NCBI RefSeq assembly: GCF_000150275.1
Contig: NW_002060945.1
Coordinates: 3,955,397 to 4,019,396 of the forward strand
Source of the DNA: Trichoplax adhaerens
Taxonomy: Eukaryota; Animalia; Placozoa
DNA: 64,000 nucleotides
Reading direction: 5' to 3'
Positions 1-12,607 of this stretch are shown here, piece after piece (position 1 is the first letter of the stretch; the number at the start of each line of letters is the position of its first letter). The notes below the pieces were generated by a model, which saw nothing but the letters and a program-made list of their open reading frames with translations, was not told the DNA's origin and did no database searches. The position numbers and the translations under genes are program-made.

Positions 1-748
1 GACTGAAGTCATTACGAATAGATAATATCATGAATTACGGCGTTAGCGATAAAGTTATTACATACTTTAAGCAAGGCGAGAGCACCCATGCAAATAATTC
101 TTCAATAACTAATTAATAGCCATTCCAAAATTATCATCGTTAAAATTTTACTATTATGTAACAATTTGTTTATTTACTTAATGAGTAAGTTCGGTTACCA
201 TTTTATAACTATCTTTCCTAAAATACATACTCGTATAGCTTAATTTAATTCAATCTTAAGTTTCAAAATAATTTCATCCAGTTGAGGCATTTTGGTCAAC
301 AATTTTAGTAGTAACTATAAATCGCTAGCAATATGCTAGTTCTTCTTTACAGTTTCTATAATTTGCGATAAGTAATGATCAAAGAAATGGATAAACTGTA
401 AAAGCTGATAACTCTTCAACTAAACTAGTTTCATCACTGTTATTGTTACGTCCTCCAGTTTTGCAGTGTATACGTAACATTTATAATTTATTATATTATA
501 TTTGCTAGATTATGATGCATAATAGTGCGATGTATTACTAAATACGGTGTTGGGATGTAGTACTGATTAATAATAATAAAAGCAGACTTTAGATCTAGCT
601 ACATATTCAATTCATCAGTTAGAAAATAGAAATTATCAACGAGTAGCTGAACAACAACTAATTTAATAGTGATATGTTACCAACGATTAATAAGATCAGA
701 TCTAAATAATAACTCTCCGCTAACCCTCTTTCTCGTGCTTAGCTTATC

Positions 749-865
749 CTCTGCTCTCTTAGATTTCAAAGGCCGTAAGACACAAAACTTTGTTAAATTA
801 TCCTGATAATTTAGGATGAACTTATATCCATGGTCTGCTTGTGTTTGCATATCAATCAAATCAAT
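749..865 (-). mobile_element. Fragment (single exon) of a Ginger/KRBA2-SCAND3-type DDE integrase/transposase
   Basis: Translates IDLIDMQTQADHGYKFILNYQDNLTKFCVLRPLKSKRAE, the N-terminal part of an rve integrase core typical of KRBA2/Ginger-like proteins. Preceded by a T-rich tract and AG acceptor. Similarity ends after KRAE. Adjacent to gap 895-944. Confidence 0.75.
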
Positions 866-944
866 CTATAAAAAAAGATTATAAATAACAAAGANNNNNN
901 NNNNNNNNNNNNNNNNNNNNNNNNNNNNNNNNNNNNNNNNNNNN

Positions 945-3740
945 GATGAATTAAGTGTTATTGTGAGAGCAGTTACGACTTTTTGTTTAAGTGTTTGATA
1001 TGTTGTCGTGTTAGGATTATTTAGTTGTTGATCGAAAGTACCGGCGAGTTTAAGACTACCGTTAAAGATATCTCCACGTTGACAATGAGTATCTGATTGA
1101 AGTCGTGTTTCAGATAATACACTATTAGAATAATATCCGATCTTACAGCTGCAATAGTAGTTATTATTATATATGAGACAGCTTGCTTTGGTATCGCAGT
1201 TATTATTTCCATAGCAGGTAACAATCGGAGTACAAGAGATACCATTTCCGTAATAGCCAGATTTACAACGACAACGGAATGATCCAAGAGTATTAATACA
1301 TTGAGCGTTAGTGTGACAGTTATCTAGATTATTTGAACATTCGTCTATATCTGTACAAGATATTAATCCGTTTCCAGAGAATCCAGTATTACATAGACAG
1401 TCGTACGATCCGTTCGTATTAACGCAGTTCGAGTTATTACTACACATGTTAACGTTATTAGTAATACATTCGTCGATATCTTGACAAGTGATGCCGTTAC
1501 CTTTGTAACCGTTATTACAAGTACACATATACGATCCAATAGTGTTATTACAGTTTGCGTAGATAGAACAGCTGTAAGTTTCTGTTGTACACTCGTTAAT
1601 ATCGTTGCAAGATATTCCGTTACCCGAAAATCCTATGTTGCATTGACAAGTATAAGATCCAATCGTGTTATTACAATAAGCGTGGATTGAACATCGATGT
1701 ACTTCTGATAGACATTCATCGACATCGTTACACGTTCTACCATCGCCTACATATCCGTTATTACATTGGCACGTATAAGATCCGACTGAATTAATACATT
1801 GAGCGTTAGTGTGACAGTTATCTAGATTATTTGAACATTCGTCTATATCTGTACAAGATATTAATCCGTTTCCAGAGAATCCAGTATTACATAGACAGTC
1901 GTACGATCCGTTTGTATTAACGCAGCTCGAGTTATTACTACACATGTTAAGGTTATTAGTAATACATTCATCGATATCTTGACAAGCGATGCCGTTACCT
2001 TTGTAACCGTTATTACAAGTACACATATACGATCCAATAGTGTTATTACAGTTTGCGTAGATAGAACAGTTGTAAGTTTCTGATATACACTCGTTAATAT
2101 CGTTGCAAGATATTCCGTTACCCGAAAATCCTATGTTGCATTGACAAATATAAGATCCAATCGTGTTATTACAATAAGCGTGGATTGAACATCGATGTAC
2201 TTCTGATAGACATTCATCGACATCGTTACACGCTTCTACCATCGCCTACGTATCCGTTATTACATTGGCACGTATAAGATCCGACTGAATTAATACATTG
2301 AGCGTTAGTGTGACAGTTATCTAGATTATTTGAACATTCGTCTATATCTGTACAAGATATTAATCCGTTTCCAGAGAATCCAGTATTACATAGACAGTCG
2401 TACGATCCGTTTGTATTAACGCAGTTCGAGTTATTACTACACATGTTAAGGTTATTAGTAATACATTCGTCGATATCTTGACAAGTGATGCCGTTACCTT
2501 TATAACCGTTATTACAAGTACACATATACGATCCAATAGTATTATTACAGTTTGCGTAGATAGAACAGCTGTAAGTTTCTGTTGTACACTCGTTAATATC
2601 GTTGCAAGATATTCCGTTACCCGAAAATCCTATGTTGCATTGACAAGTATAAGATCCGATCGTGTTATTACAATAAGCGTGGATTGAACATCGATCTACT
2701 TCTGATAGACATTCATCGACATCGTTACACGTTCTACCATCGCCTACATATCCGTTATTACATTGGCACGTATAAGATCCGGCTGTATTATTACAATTAG
2801 CGTTAGAATCGCATTGATTTGTTGTAGAGCATTCGTTGACGTCTTGGCATGTAAATCCGTTTCCAGAATAACCAGTACGACATATACAAGTATAAGACCC
2901 ATTATTGTTATAGCAATCGGCATTAACGGAACATGAATGAGTTCCTGATGAGCATTCGTTATTATCTGTACATGTAATTCCATCGCCTGTGTATCCTTGC
3001 GTACAATGACACGTGTATGAGCCGTTAGTANNNNNNNNNNNNNNNNNNNNNNNNNNNNNNNNNNNNNNNNNNNNNNNNNNNNNNNNNNNNNNNNNNNNNN
3101 NNNNNNNNNNNNNNNNNNNNNNNNNNNNNNNNNNNNNNNNNNNNNNNNNNNNNNNNNNNNNNNNNNNNNNNNNNNNNNNNNNNNNNNNNNNNNNNNNNNN
3201 NNNNNNNNNNNNNNNNNNNNNNNNNNNNNNNNNNNNNNNNNNNNNNNNNNNNNNNNNNNNNNNNNNNNNNNNNNNNNNNNNNNNNNNNNNNNNNNNNNNN
3301 NNNNNNNNNNNNNNNNNNNNNNNNNNNNNNNNNNNNNNNNNNNNNNNNNNNNNNNNNNNNNNNNNNNNNNNNNNNNNNNNNNNNNNNNNNNNNNNNNNNN
3401 NNNNNNNNNNNNNNNNNNNNNNNNNNNNNNNNNNNNNNNNNNNNNNNNNNNNNNNNNNNNNNNNNNNNNNNNNNNNNNNNNNNNNNNNNNNNNNNNNNNN
3501 NNNNNNNNNNNNNNNNNNNNNNNNNNNNNNNNNNNNNNNNNNNNNNNNNNNNNNNNNNNNNNNNNNNNNNNNNNNNNNNNNNNNNNNNNNNNNNNNNNNN
3601 NNNNNNNNNNNNNNNNNNNNNNNNNNNNNNNNNNNNNNNNNNNNNATATCTATGCAAGTTGTTCCATTACCCGTATAGCCTGTCTTACACTGGCAAGAGT
3701 ATACTCCAAGTGAATTGACACAATCTGCATGAGAATTATC
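945..3740 (-). CDS. Paralog A terminal-exon remnant: calcium-binding EGF repeats and start of SEA domain
   Basis: ORFs 866-2242 and 2226-2525 show repeated D(I/V)(D/N)EC EGF_CA motifs, then QSDTHCQRGDIFNGSLKL matching the SEA start of paralog D. +1 frameshift near 2233; gap 3031-3645. Confidence 0.85.
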
Positions 3741-6700
3741 GTGAAAATTTGAGTATAAGAAAGTATCCTAATAACGTATAAAGTATACATGACGGAACAA
3801 TTTTAATTTAATTAATCAAATAGTGTATTTATATTCACTAATAGATCCACACTAGTTATACTTGACGTATTGCTATTATTGTAATTTTCTTGATAATTGT
3901 TTAACATTATATTTAGTAGATATATTTGTAGAAATATTGTGATTGTTGTTAACGTGATGAAGGAAAGTATAAATGTAAAATTTCAGTAGACATTAGTTAG
4001 ACTATTCTGAACAGACCCACACGATAAGTTATACCAGCGTCTTCGGAATGGCAACAGGTATGAACCCCCAACTGCTATGGGGACAATCTGTTAGATAGAT
4101 TTCGCCGTCTCTACAGTGCAGGTTATCTAGCCATATAGGGCCAGTGCCGGAACCGTAAAGTATACTATGATTGGACGCTCATGAATTGAAATCTAATTGT
4201 CTACACTACATCGGCGTCAGTTATACTAAATGCATCGTCACATCCTGTGCCCCATATATATTATGATAGATTTCTATCCGTCCAGAGCTAACGGATTGAC
4301 CACCGACAAGGCGTATTTCATCTGTACAAACTTTTTATCAATTATTAAACAGAATTTGAGTATTCAACGAGTTATCTCACTATAAATTACAGCTATTTTT
4401 CCTGTGAAAGTTTGATTAAGACGTGCAATACACAGATATGGACACTGTTATCATATTGATTATTTAGGATGGTATAATTTCAAACCTTTAATTGGCGAAG
4501 CTAGGGTTCTATCTACTTCTCTAATTAAAACGAGCATGAAGAACTACACATATATCAAGAATTACAAATAAACTTCTCAGCTGCTGAGTATCAATCAATA
4601 CGATATTTGTGATGATACAGAGTGATCTATGACGTCAGTAATACTACGATTTCTTGTACTATTCTCAATAAGAGTATCAATTGAATCACAGCGACACTAT
4701 ATTTCGAATGTGATCATTTCGCACCGAATAGTATACGCTCACGTCAATATTATTCAATAAGTATGTATATTATCTACAGTAATGAATGAGAGCATAGCAG
4801 ACAGTTATTAACTTGCTGCTGTATTTAGAAGTCGATTCACCTGGAATAAAGAAATAATCTTATATTATATGTAAGAATAGCAGTTTACTGAAACCTTAAC
4901 TATGAATGCAAACAGAAATTTCTCAAATTTGCATTACTTTCTGAGTTATTAACTATTTACTGTAATTGCTCTATCAAAGTCGTGATGTACGATGTATTCT
5001 AGAGTTTAATGCGGTAAACATCATAAATACTATAATTCTGTCAATAGTAAAATGACAACGACTTTTTAGCTACGATACTTTGAGTGTACATACAAAATCG
5101 GTTAAATAAAGAATTTATAAGCTGGCTTTAAATAAGAAACTGTCTCCGTCGCCAAACTATATTTTTATACTTCGTAGTGTTGTAATAAATTGTTGTAGTT
5201 AATGTACTTGTCAGTGCTGGAAGCTTACTTGTGTTAAGTCAGGTCAGCTTACACATAATCTATTGTACAGTAACTACATCTAATCTTACACGATGCATGC
5301 AATATGTAATCAAAATTCTATTTAAAAGCTAGAATGCCTTGTGTTAAATATCTGATAGCTACTTAATCTTTTATCAATGCATCGAATCCTATATCACAAT
5401 TGTAAAACTTATTTGTATGAAATAATGTGATAAAAGGTTTAATCAGGTATTATCGTGTTCTGAAAGGAACTACAATATATATGGTGTGTTTATATAGTCT
5501 AGATACACATAGAAGCAGCTACTACTATCACTGGCTTACTACAACGTCCTGGTAACGCAGCGATATCATCAATAGCCATGTCGCCTTTCGGACTGCTACC
5601 TTGAACTCCTACAAATCTAATCTAGAGATTCGTGGCGACAAATTATTGCGTAGTAGTTTATATAATATTATAAGATATGGTGAGTATTCTTTTACTAATT
5701 CAAAAATAGTGAGTAGAGAGCTATCATATTTCGCTGTACCTTATGGATACCAGAAGGGATATTTAATTGAACCAGATACCAAACGTCTCCACTATTGCCA
5801 GAAGTATTATATATTCTTTTAGAAAGATCATCAACAATGAGAGGACCAATTGTTATTCCATTCCGGTTATACCAAAAAGAGAGGCAAAAGACGCTATCTG
5901 AATAGATTACAGGACTTTCAATGATAAATTTAGTTCCTTTAGGCATATCGGATGCTTCCGTATGAATGTAATAGCCTATAGACAGAGAAATAGTCACTAT
6001 AGCATTGTCTGTAAATGGTAAATGATTCGTTAATAATTGCCGTTTAATGCTAAAATTAGGTAGGAGATGCAGATATATCTCTTTGCTCTAATTTTTTGCA
6101 AGTATGCACACTCTAAATTAAATGAGACTATTGTAATTTCAATGTTTATGCAAAGTTAAATAGAAATTCAGAAGGCTTGACTACAGAGAAGGGGTTAGAG
6201 TAATTAACTTAATGTTAATGTACGAGTCTATGTCTTTGATCGAACTGCATGTACTGTATGTGTGTGTATAACCTGATATGTTTCCGTATGTATGATCGAA
6301 GCTTGGTCCAGTAAGCCAACTTGTGGTTTGGCCTCTACGCCTTGTCCACTGGAAGGTAGTTTCATTTGGATGTTTCCAGTTACAAAATCCAGACTCGAAA
6401 GTACAATTTAAACTATCGATACCGGCTGAAAATAATATAAAATTATAGTTCAAAGTAATTATTAGCAATTTAGTTATTGATAAGTTACTCTAGAAGATCG
6501 TAAAAATTGTATCTAGATATAGTCAGTATCTGTATTAAAATAAAATAGTCGAAAGCCTTATAAAAATTTATTGTAAGTATAACGATTAGACGCAATTATT
6601 TAGTACGTTCGTAGATCGTGATAATTGGAGATATACGTATAACAACGTAACTAGATTAAACATACCGTTACGACAAGTTACGCCTATATCTCCGGAATGA

Positions 6701-9700
6701 TTACAGTTATGAACGTTCCAACCGTTATGTGGACAATCCCTTAGATAGGTTTCGTTACCTCTGCAGCGTAGACCACTTAACCATATACGACTGGTACTAG
6801 AGCCGTAGTAGTTACTATAATTCGATGCTCCTGAATTGAAACCTAACTGTCTACACGCTACGTTGGCGTCAGTCATGTCAAATGCATAACCACATACTGT
6901 ACCCCATACATTATTATGATAGATTTTAATACGTCCAGAATTAAGAGATCGATCATCGACAAAACGTATTTCACCATCGAAAACTTGTATTGGTTTGTTA
7001 ACATAAAAATTCGAGTATAAGAAAATCATTCTCATTGTAAAACTACGTATACCGCTATACTTTTAATTAATTAATCAGTAGGTAAAATATTGTATTTATG
7101 TAACATGTATATATATTAGAATACGATTGATTACTGTTTAACCATAACGTAGTAGTGAATACACATGTATTGTGATTGTTATTAACGTAATATTAATCTA
7201 GGAAAGTGTAAATGTAAAATTAAAGTAGATATTAACTAGATTGAACATACCAAAACGGCAAGTTACGCTAATATCTTTATCATGGCCACAGTTATGAACT
7301 CCCCAGCCGTTGTGGCGACATTCTTTTAGATACATTTCGTTACCTTTGCAGTGTAGATTACTTAGCCATATAGGACCGGTGCTGCTAGAGCCGTGGTAGT
7401 TACCATAATTGGCTGCTCCTAAATTGAAATCTAACTGTCTGCAAACTACATTGGCGTCAGCCTTTTCGAAATAATCGCTACATACAGTGCCCCACATATT
7501 ATTATGATAGATTTCTAATCGTCCAGAATCAGCATATTGACCACCGACAAGGCGTATTGTACCTTCGCCAACTTGTAATCGATTAATGAAAAGAATTTGA
7601 GTATTAAACGAGTGTACTGCCGTTATACGACAAAAGGAAGCAAAGTCAATTTTTTCGAAAATTTGAGTTTATTAATTCTAATTACTTATTAGGGCGTAAT
7701 CTAACGGCAGACTAAATTTGATACTGTTCCTAGTATTCTCTGCCTATTTTTTTACTCAATTGGTATGACCCATTAAAACGGAATTTCTACCATTATATCG
7801 TACGCTAAATTCTACAAAGTTACTATACATCGCTGAGATGGCTATATTATACTAAAATTGCATACGATTTTATTAAGACGATTCTAACTACTGTATGGCA
7901 GCATGCACTTTGCCATGGACTTCTAGATCGCCTGGACGAGACACGAGTTACCGTGAATTACAGTACTTAAATAAGCGATAGCATTAGATTTTATATAGCA
8001 ATGAAGGTACTGTAGCATCTTCATCACTATAAAAGTGATGGCTTTAGAATTCTACTTTCTAGCAATTTACCATCGAAATATAATAATATTGCGATATATT
8101 GTTGAGATATTGACATATATATATATATTCTAACCTATAACGTATAATAAAATGTTCCGAATATTGTAGTAATTTGATAGTATAAAAAATTTAAGACATA
8201 TCTATTAAGTGATGCTGACAGACGCAAATTACTACACATCGTCAAATTTCATGCAAACTATTTAGAAGTTCTTGTAAGAGTCCATGATATAACTAGCACT
8301 TTACACCCGTAACTATCTCCCTTAGTAAAGTGTGTTTGTACTGCTGTATTTATTGATATTCACGAAAAAATTTCGTTTTGCCAGAGTAATTCAAGCCAAA
8401 TACTTATAGCGCTTATGTATCACAGGCCTAAAGTTCAAGCCCAGATATGCCTAGTTTATTGTTAGATAGTCTAGCCCTAAATACTGAACTGTATCCATAA
8501 ATACTCTGCTTTGCTCTGTTTAGGCAAAGAGGGGGAGGGGAGGGATTAGTATTGTAGCCAAAGATGTAGCAAGAATGCTGTCTAGAGTTCTAAGATATTC
8601 CCACTGTTTGAAATCAACCGACTAATTACTATTTTCGTGCAATATGTACACTTACCAAATTCACAGAAATCACCATTGTATCCTTGCGGGCATTGGCACA
8701 GGTAATGAGAACTGTTTCCAATACATGTTGCATAACTTGAGCAAGGGTTGGAATTGCAAGTATTATTACTTGACGACAAAACTATATAAGATAAAAACTA
8801 CGTAAAACGTCGGTCCATAATAGACGGTATTTTAAAATCTAAGACAGTTCTTTATAGGGTTTTTACAAATTAACTGATTGTCTATACAGATACGTTTAAA
8901 TATACTGTAATATACAATACTCGTACAGTGTATTGCATATTAGTAGTTAAACTATGCTGTATGCCTGTTTACGACATGTTAACGACTGGATTAGAAACTC
9001 ATAAGTAAAATCAACTATACTTTAGTATAAATTGCTGTCATTCACGGATAAGCTGAACACTGTAATTCTTACCTAATAGGACAAATTGTGATTCAGATAT
9101 GATGAGCTGAATTAAAATTAAGAGTAAGTTAGAAACAAATCATTACGATTTTATCGATCAAATTGACTCCGAAAAAGAATAAAATACGGCAATTTGATAT
9201 TTAACTTTAGCAAGTTTGCAATTAATTTGTTCATGAATTACGCGACACATAAATACAAATGAAAGCGTAAAAATTCTATGATTATCTCGCTAGAAATTCT
9301 TTTAGTTAGTTGAAATTAACCGGTAGGTAACGATTCACTACTTGTAAGTTCGTCATCTTTCTGTATAACATACATTAAGATTATTCGTCTGACTTGATTC
9401 TGGTTTAAAAATAGGCTATAAATTTACTAACGATAGCTACCGTACCGTATGTAAGTAACTATTCACACTCTTTTCATGCTTAGTCGTTAACATTGTATAA
9501 GAATTTTATATTGTAGTTAATACAGTAAAAGATTCAAGCGATATTTTATAAAATTACATAGTATTTGCTGTTAAAGAATTGCCATAGCTTTCACGATATT
9601 AATTTGATAATGGCTTAATGGCTTTATCAATCTCGTACGTGTATATGTACTAGTTGCTTAGATCATAGCACGTATAGTGTCTTTCATATTGTTTGTTCGA

Positions 9701-9807
9701 TTCTAATAATCGATATCGTTTCTAATAAGAGTACAATCGTCTGGATAAATATTCTGTGAATGACTTACCAGCACAATGCTACAGAGAAGCCAAATATTTT
9801 TCCCCAT
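945..9807 (-). CDS. Paralog A: signal peptide-EGF-SRCR-SRCR-MAM-(dead SRCR)-cbEGF array-SEA. Spliced; 3' end lost at gap; functional status uncertain
   Basis: GT-AG exons read by eye: 9769-9807 and 9073-9106 (MGKNIWLLCSIVL|LIISESQFVLL, signal peptide), EGF 8656-8781, SRCR 7251-7571 and 6666-6983, MAM 6273-6425/5740-5975/5540-5621, then EGF/SEA sequence 945-3740. All 5' exons are open and phase-compatible. Confidence 0.75.
1290..2780 (-). repeat. Three near-identical tandem copies of a 498-bp unit (4 EGF domains)
   Basis: Anchor cacgttctaccatcgcctac recurs at 1731, 2229 (with an extra C) and 2728. Confidence 0.9.
4016..4331 (-). pseudogene. Degenerate SRCR exon of paralog A
   Basis: EIRLVGGQSVSSGRIEIYHN... 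homologous to exon 7251-7571 but with 1-bp deletions near 4255 and 4205. Confidence 0.8.
5540..6425 (-). CDS. MAM domain (3 exons) of paralog A
   Basis: CTFESGFCNW...GPSFDHT...GYYIHTEAS...CLSFWY...GDMAIDDI, canonical MAM motifs; GT-AG junctions in frame. Confidence 0.9.
6666..7571 (-). CDS. Two group-A SRCR exons of paralog A (6666-6983, 7251-7571)
   Basis: GRxEIYHNNxWGTVC...ANVxCRQL...IWL..L.C.GNE..L..C.H.GW..HNC.H..D..V.C. Confidence 0.92.
9073..9807 (-). CDS. Signal-peptide exons 1-2 of paralog A
   Basis: ATG at 9807; 39-nt exon followed by gtaagt; 34-nt exon (ttcag...gtaag) restores phase 1 for the EGF exon; hydrophobic core IWLLCSIVLLII. Confidence 0.7.
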
Positions 9808-10989
9808 TTCAATCTATATCATTCGGTTCGCTACATAAAGTAGATTGTTTTGGCTTTATCTCACGCAATCTTCCTAATTTCGAATTTTATATCTGTGATT
9901 TTAATCAGTATTGGTGAAAGGTTGTTTATTTATTAAGTTAGATACTATTATCATTTCTACGAGACTGAAATAAAGAAATACAGTAATAAATTCTTCATCG
10001 ATAGTTATATAATTAATCAGAAAATAAATTACATTCTATTTTATACTAAATACTCAGTATCTTGCTCTTTACTAAGTGGAAGAGTCTGGCTTGCTCAATT
10101 TATGGCGTCAAGATTTAAGATTATTAATTTTATTCTAAAAACAACTCAATTAGGTATCAAAGATTATACTATGTGACGGATCTAGATATATCATTAGAAT
10201 GAATAAATATTCGTAATAAGAAAGAATGGGACATAAGTACACTAATGAAATTATGATAATTCGCTTCTACTAGACGTTAAGAAATCTTAAATTAGTTAAA
10301 TAAGTGGAACTTTTCGGCGCGCTTACTCATGATACTTCATGTACTTGTCTACTTAGAGAGTTATAAGCGCTTCACTTATGGTTATTGTATAAGATCGGCA
10401 AGTAAACTATAAACAACTAAATTACGTGAATAGATGATTTGAAATCAGTTCGATTCGAAGTTGAATGATTGCAGCCTATATTTAATTAACCGAACCGTTA
10501 ATATCGTGAACAGGGAATATCAAAATTCCAAAACTAGTAAACAACAGTCAATGAATTATAGATGAATATGTAATTATATGTGAGGAGACTTTTGGCCTAA
10601 TATTACAACGTGATATAAAATTACTTTAACGAACAATCTTTAAATTAGATTTATCCTATCCGTAACCGCATATCATTTAGAGTCTAGTGGCATAGCTATA
10701 AGCTACGCTTATCACGGTAGATATACAGTAATAGTACTAACTTTATGAATTTATTATTATTTTTGATAGGATAAGGTTCATTTAGTCTCCTTTATTCGGT
10801 TTTCGATATTATTCTCATTCACTAAAACTATAGAAGTGGCAAGGTACAGAAATGTAAATTTACAGTATACGCGTATACTATACCGTACAGTATACGTATT
10901 ATGTACAGTAAATGGGGATTTTTTGTAATACCGTCACAGTCAAGCAGAAAGTAGAAGGAAAATTACGCCCATCTCCACAATCAGTATTA

Positions 10990-11197
10990 AGTGTAGATGG
11001 TTTTTGTCGACTTTAAAATGGTCAAAGAGCTTTAGAAATGGTATTAACCAATAAACTTCTAAACTCTATCGTGAAGAAGTGGGTATGCTACCATATTGTG
11101 CATGCACAGTGTATAAAATATGCAACCGTCAGCGTTCTTCTACTTCCAAATTTGTGCGAAAATGCCTGGCTACGCGGCCGCGGTTGTACATTTAGTA
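10990..11197. repeat. Diverged remnant related to the Helitron-like repeat at 46180-46744
   Basis: Shares gactttaaaa..g..a.aga.ctt, aataaacttctaaact, gtgcatgc..agtg and a GC-rich aatgc..ggctac...tagta end with 46370-46745 and 63748-63860. Confidence 0.5.
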
Positions 11198-12607
11198 AAG
11201 AACATACTAAATTCTACATAGAAACTTTGTGTTCGTTAATAAATATTAAACATTTTATTTCTAGTACTGTAGATAATAATTTACATTCTTTTCGAATTAC
11301 GCTAGAATTTGATCATTTCGATATACGTACTCGTGCGTACATAATTATTCTCATCCTATTTTACGTCACATACTTATGCTTTCTAGCGGAATTAATTAAG
11401 TACTGTAGAATTTAAAAATTATTCTTCAGGATTACACTAAAATGCGACCAATTCAGTATACGTAGGTAATTATTTTGCTAATTTCTATCTTGGGTAAACA
11501 TATCTTCTGGAAGAGTTACGTCACTCTTACCGCCGTCAATAAGTTTAACATTTCGTTTTCTTATTGCGTAAATGGCGTAATGATATTTGTTTAGCATAGC
11601 TCTGCTATAGTATCTCTACATTACTTTATACTTATTGCGTACTCGTTCAGCAAGAGTTTACTTAAGTTCGAATGAGATAAAATTTCTTAATGCTGACTGA
11701 CATAGGAGCGTTTCTTGTCATATTGACCTAGGATAGAGAAGAGTAAAATCGTCTATTTCTTCCCAATCTATCCATTTATGATTGGGATAGGGGCGGTGCC
11801 CGTCTTGTATCTATGTAAACATACTATATGCTTTACTGTATACCCTTACAGCTCTGTTATTCTTTATTTGCATACAATTCAATACAGCAAAAATGGCGTA
11901 CTGTATTATGAGTCTATTTTTGTAATATCAGAATATTTCCAACGAAAGTAGAAAGAGAAATAACACGAATCTTCATTCAAGCTAGCCGAGAGCTTACTGA
12001 CTTAGTACCGTTTTTAAGTATGTTTGAATAGTGAAATTTAGTACATATGTTTAGACAGAGGTGACTTACAAAACTTGATTAAAACTGTATACTGCAGTTT
12101 GGTATCATTGAAAATAAAGTGATTTTAAAAATAATTACTTTAAATACCAGTCCCTGTAACAAACACCTATGGGATTGCAAATTTTATCAAGTAAGCTAAA
12201 ATATATCAAGCTTAAAAGAAACCTTATGGTGGAATCTAATTATAAGAATATTGGTGAAGGGGAGGGGGAAAATAGTTTGAATAGCTAATATATCAGTAAT
12301 ACGTGAGCAACTAATACAATGTAAACCTATTTATTGATGTTTGCTTCAGTAACAAAAGGATATCAATAGTGAAATTTAATCTACTGCTTTTTCGTAGATG
12401 TGGAAATAATTTTGTATTTAAACTCGATTCTATTTATAGAATAATCAAGCCATAGGTAAGGTTTTGCTAATGAAAGTACTATAACACATTGCCTGCACAT
12501 TAAAGCTGTGATATAGAACATTTTTAAAAATTTGTATAACTAGATCTAACCAGAATACCATCGTTATATTTTCGTGCAAAGGCCTAATGAGTAATTGTTA
12601 TACTGTA

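Noticed and set aside
3013-3678. Long ORFs spanning N runs (also 56138-56517 and 58354-58968)
   Set aside because: Artefacts of assembly gaps.
8528-8545. G-rich tract (also ~12257-12268) as a G-quadruplex
   Set aside because: Fewer than four runs of three G.
9880-9895. TATAAA about 80 bp upstream of the paralog A ATG; AATAAA motifs downstream of B and D
   Set aside because: Expected by chance in AT-rich DNA; cannot be assigned without transcript data.
11038-11415. 125-aa plus-strand ORF
   Set aside because: Overlaps a non-coding repeat remnant; no recognisable motifs.
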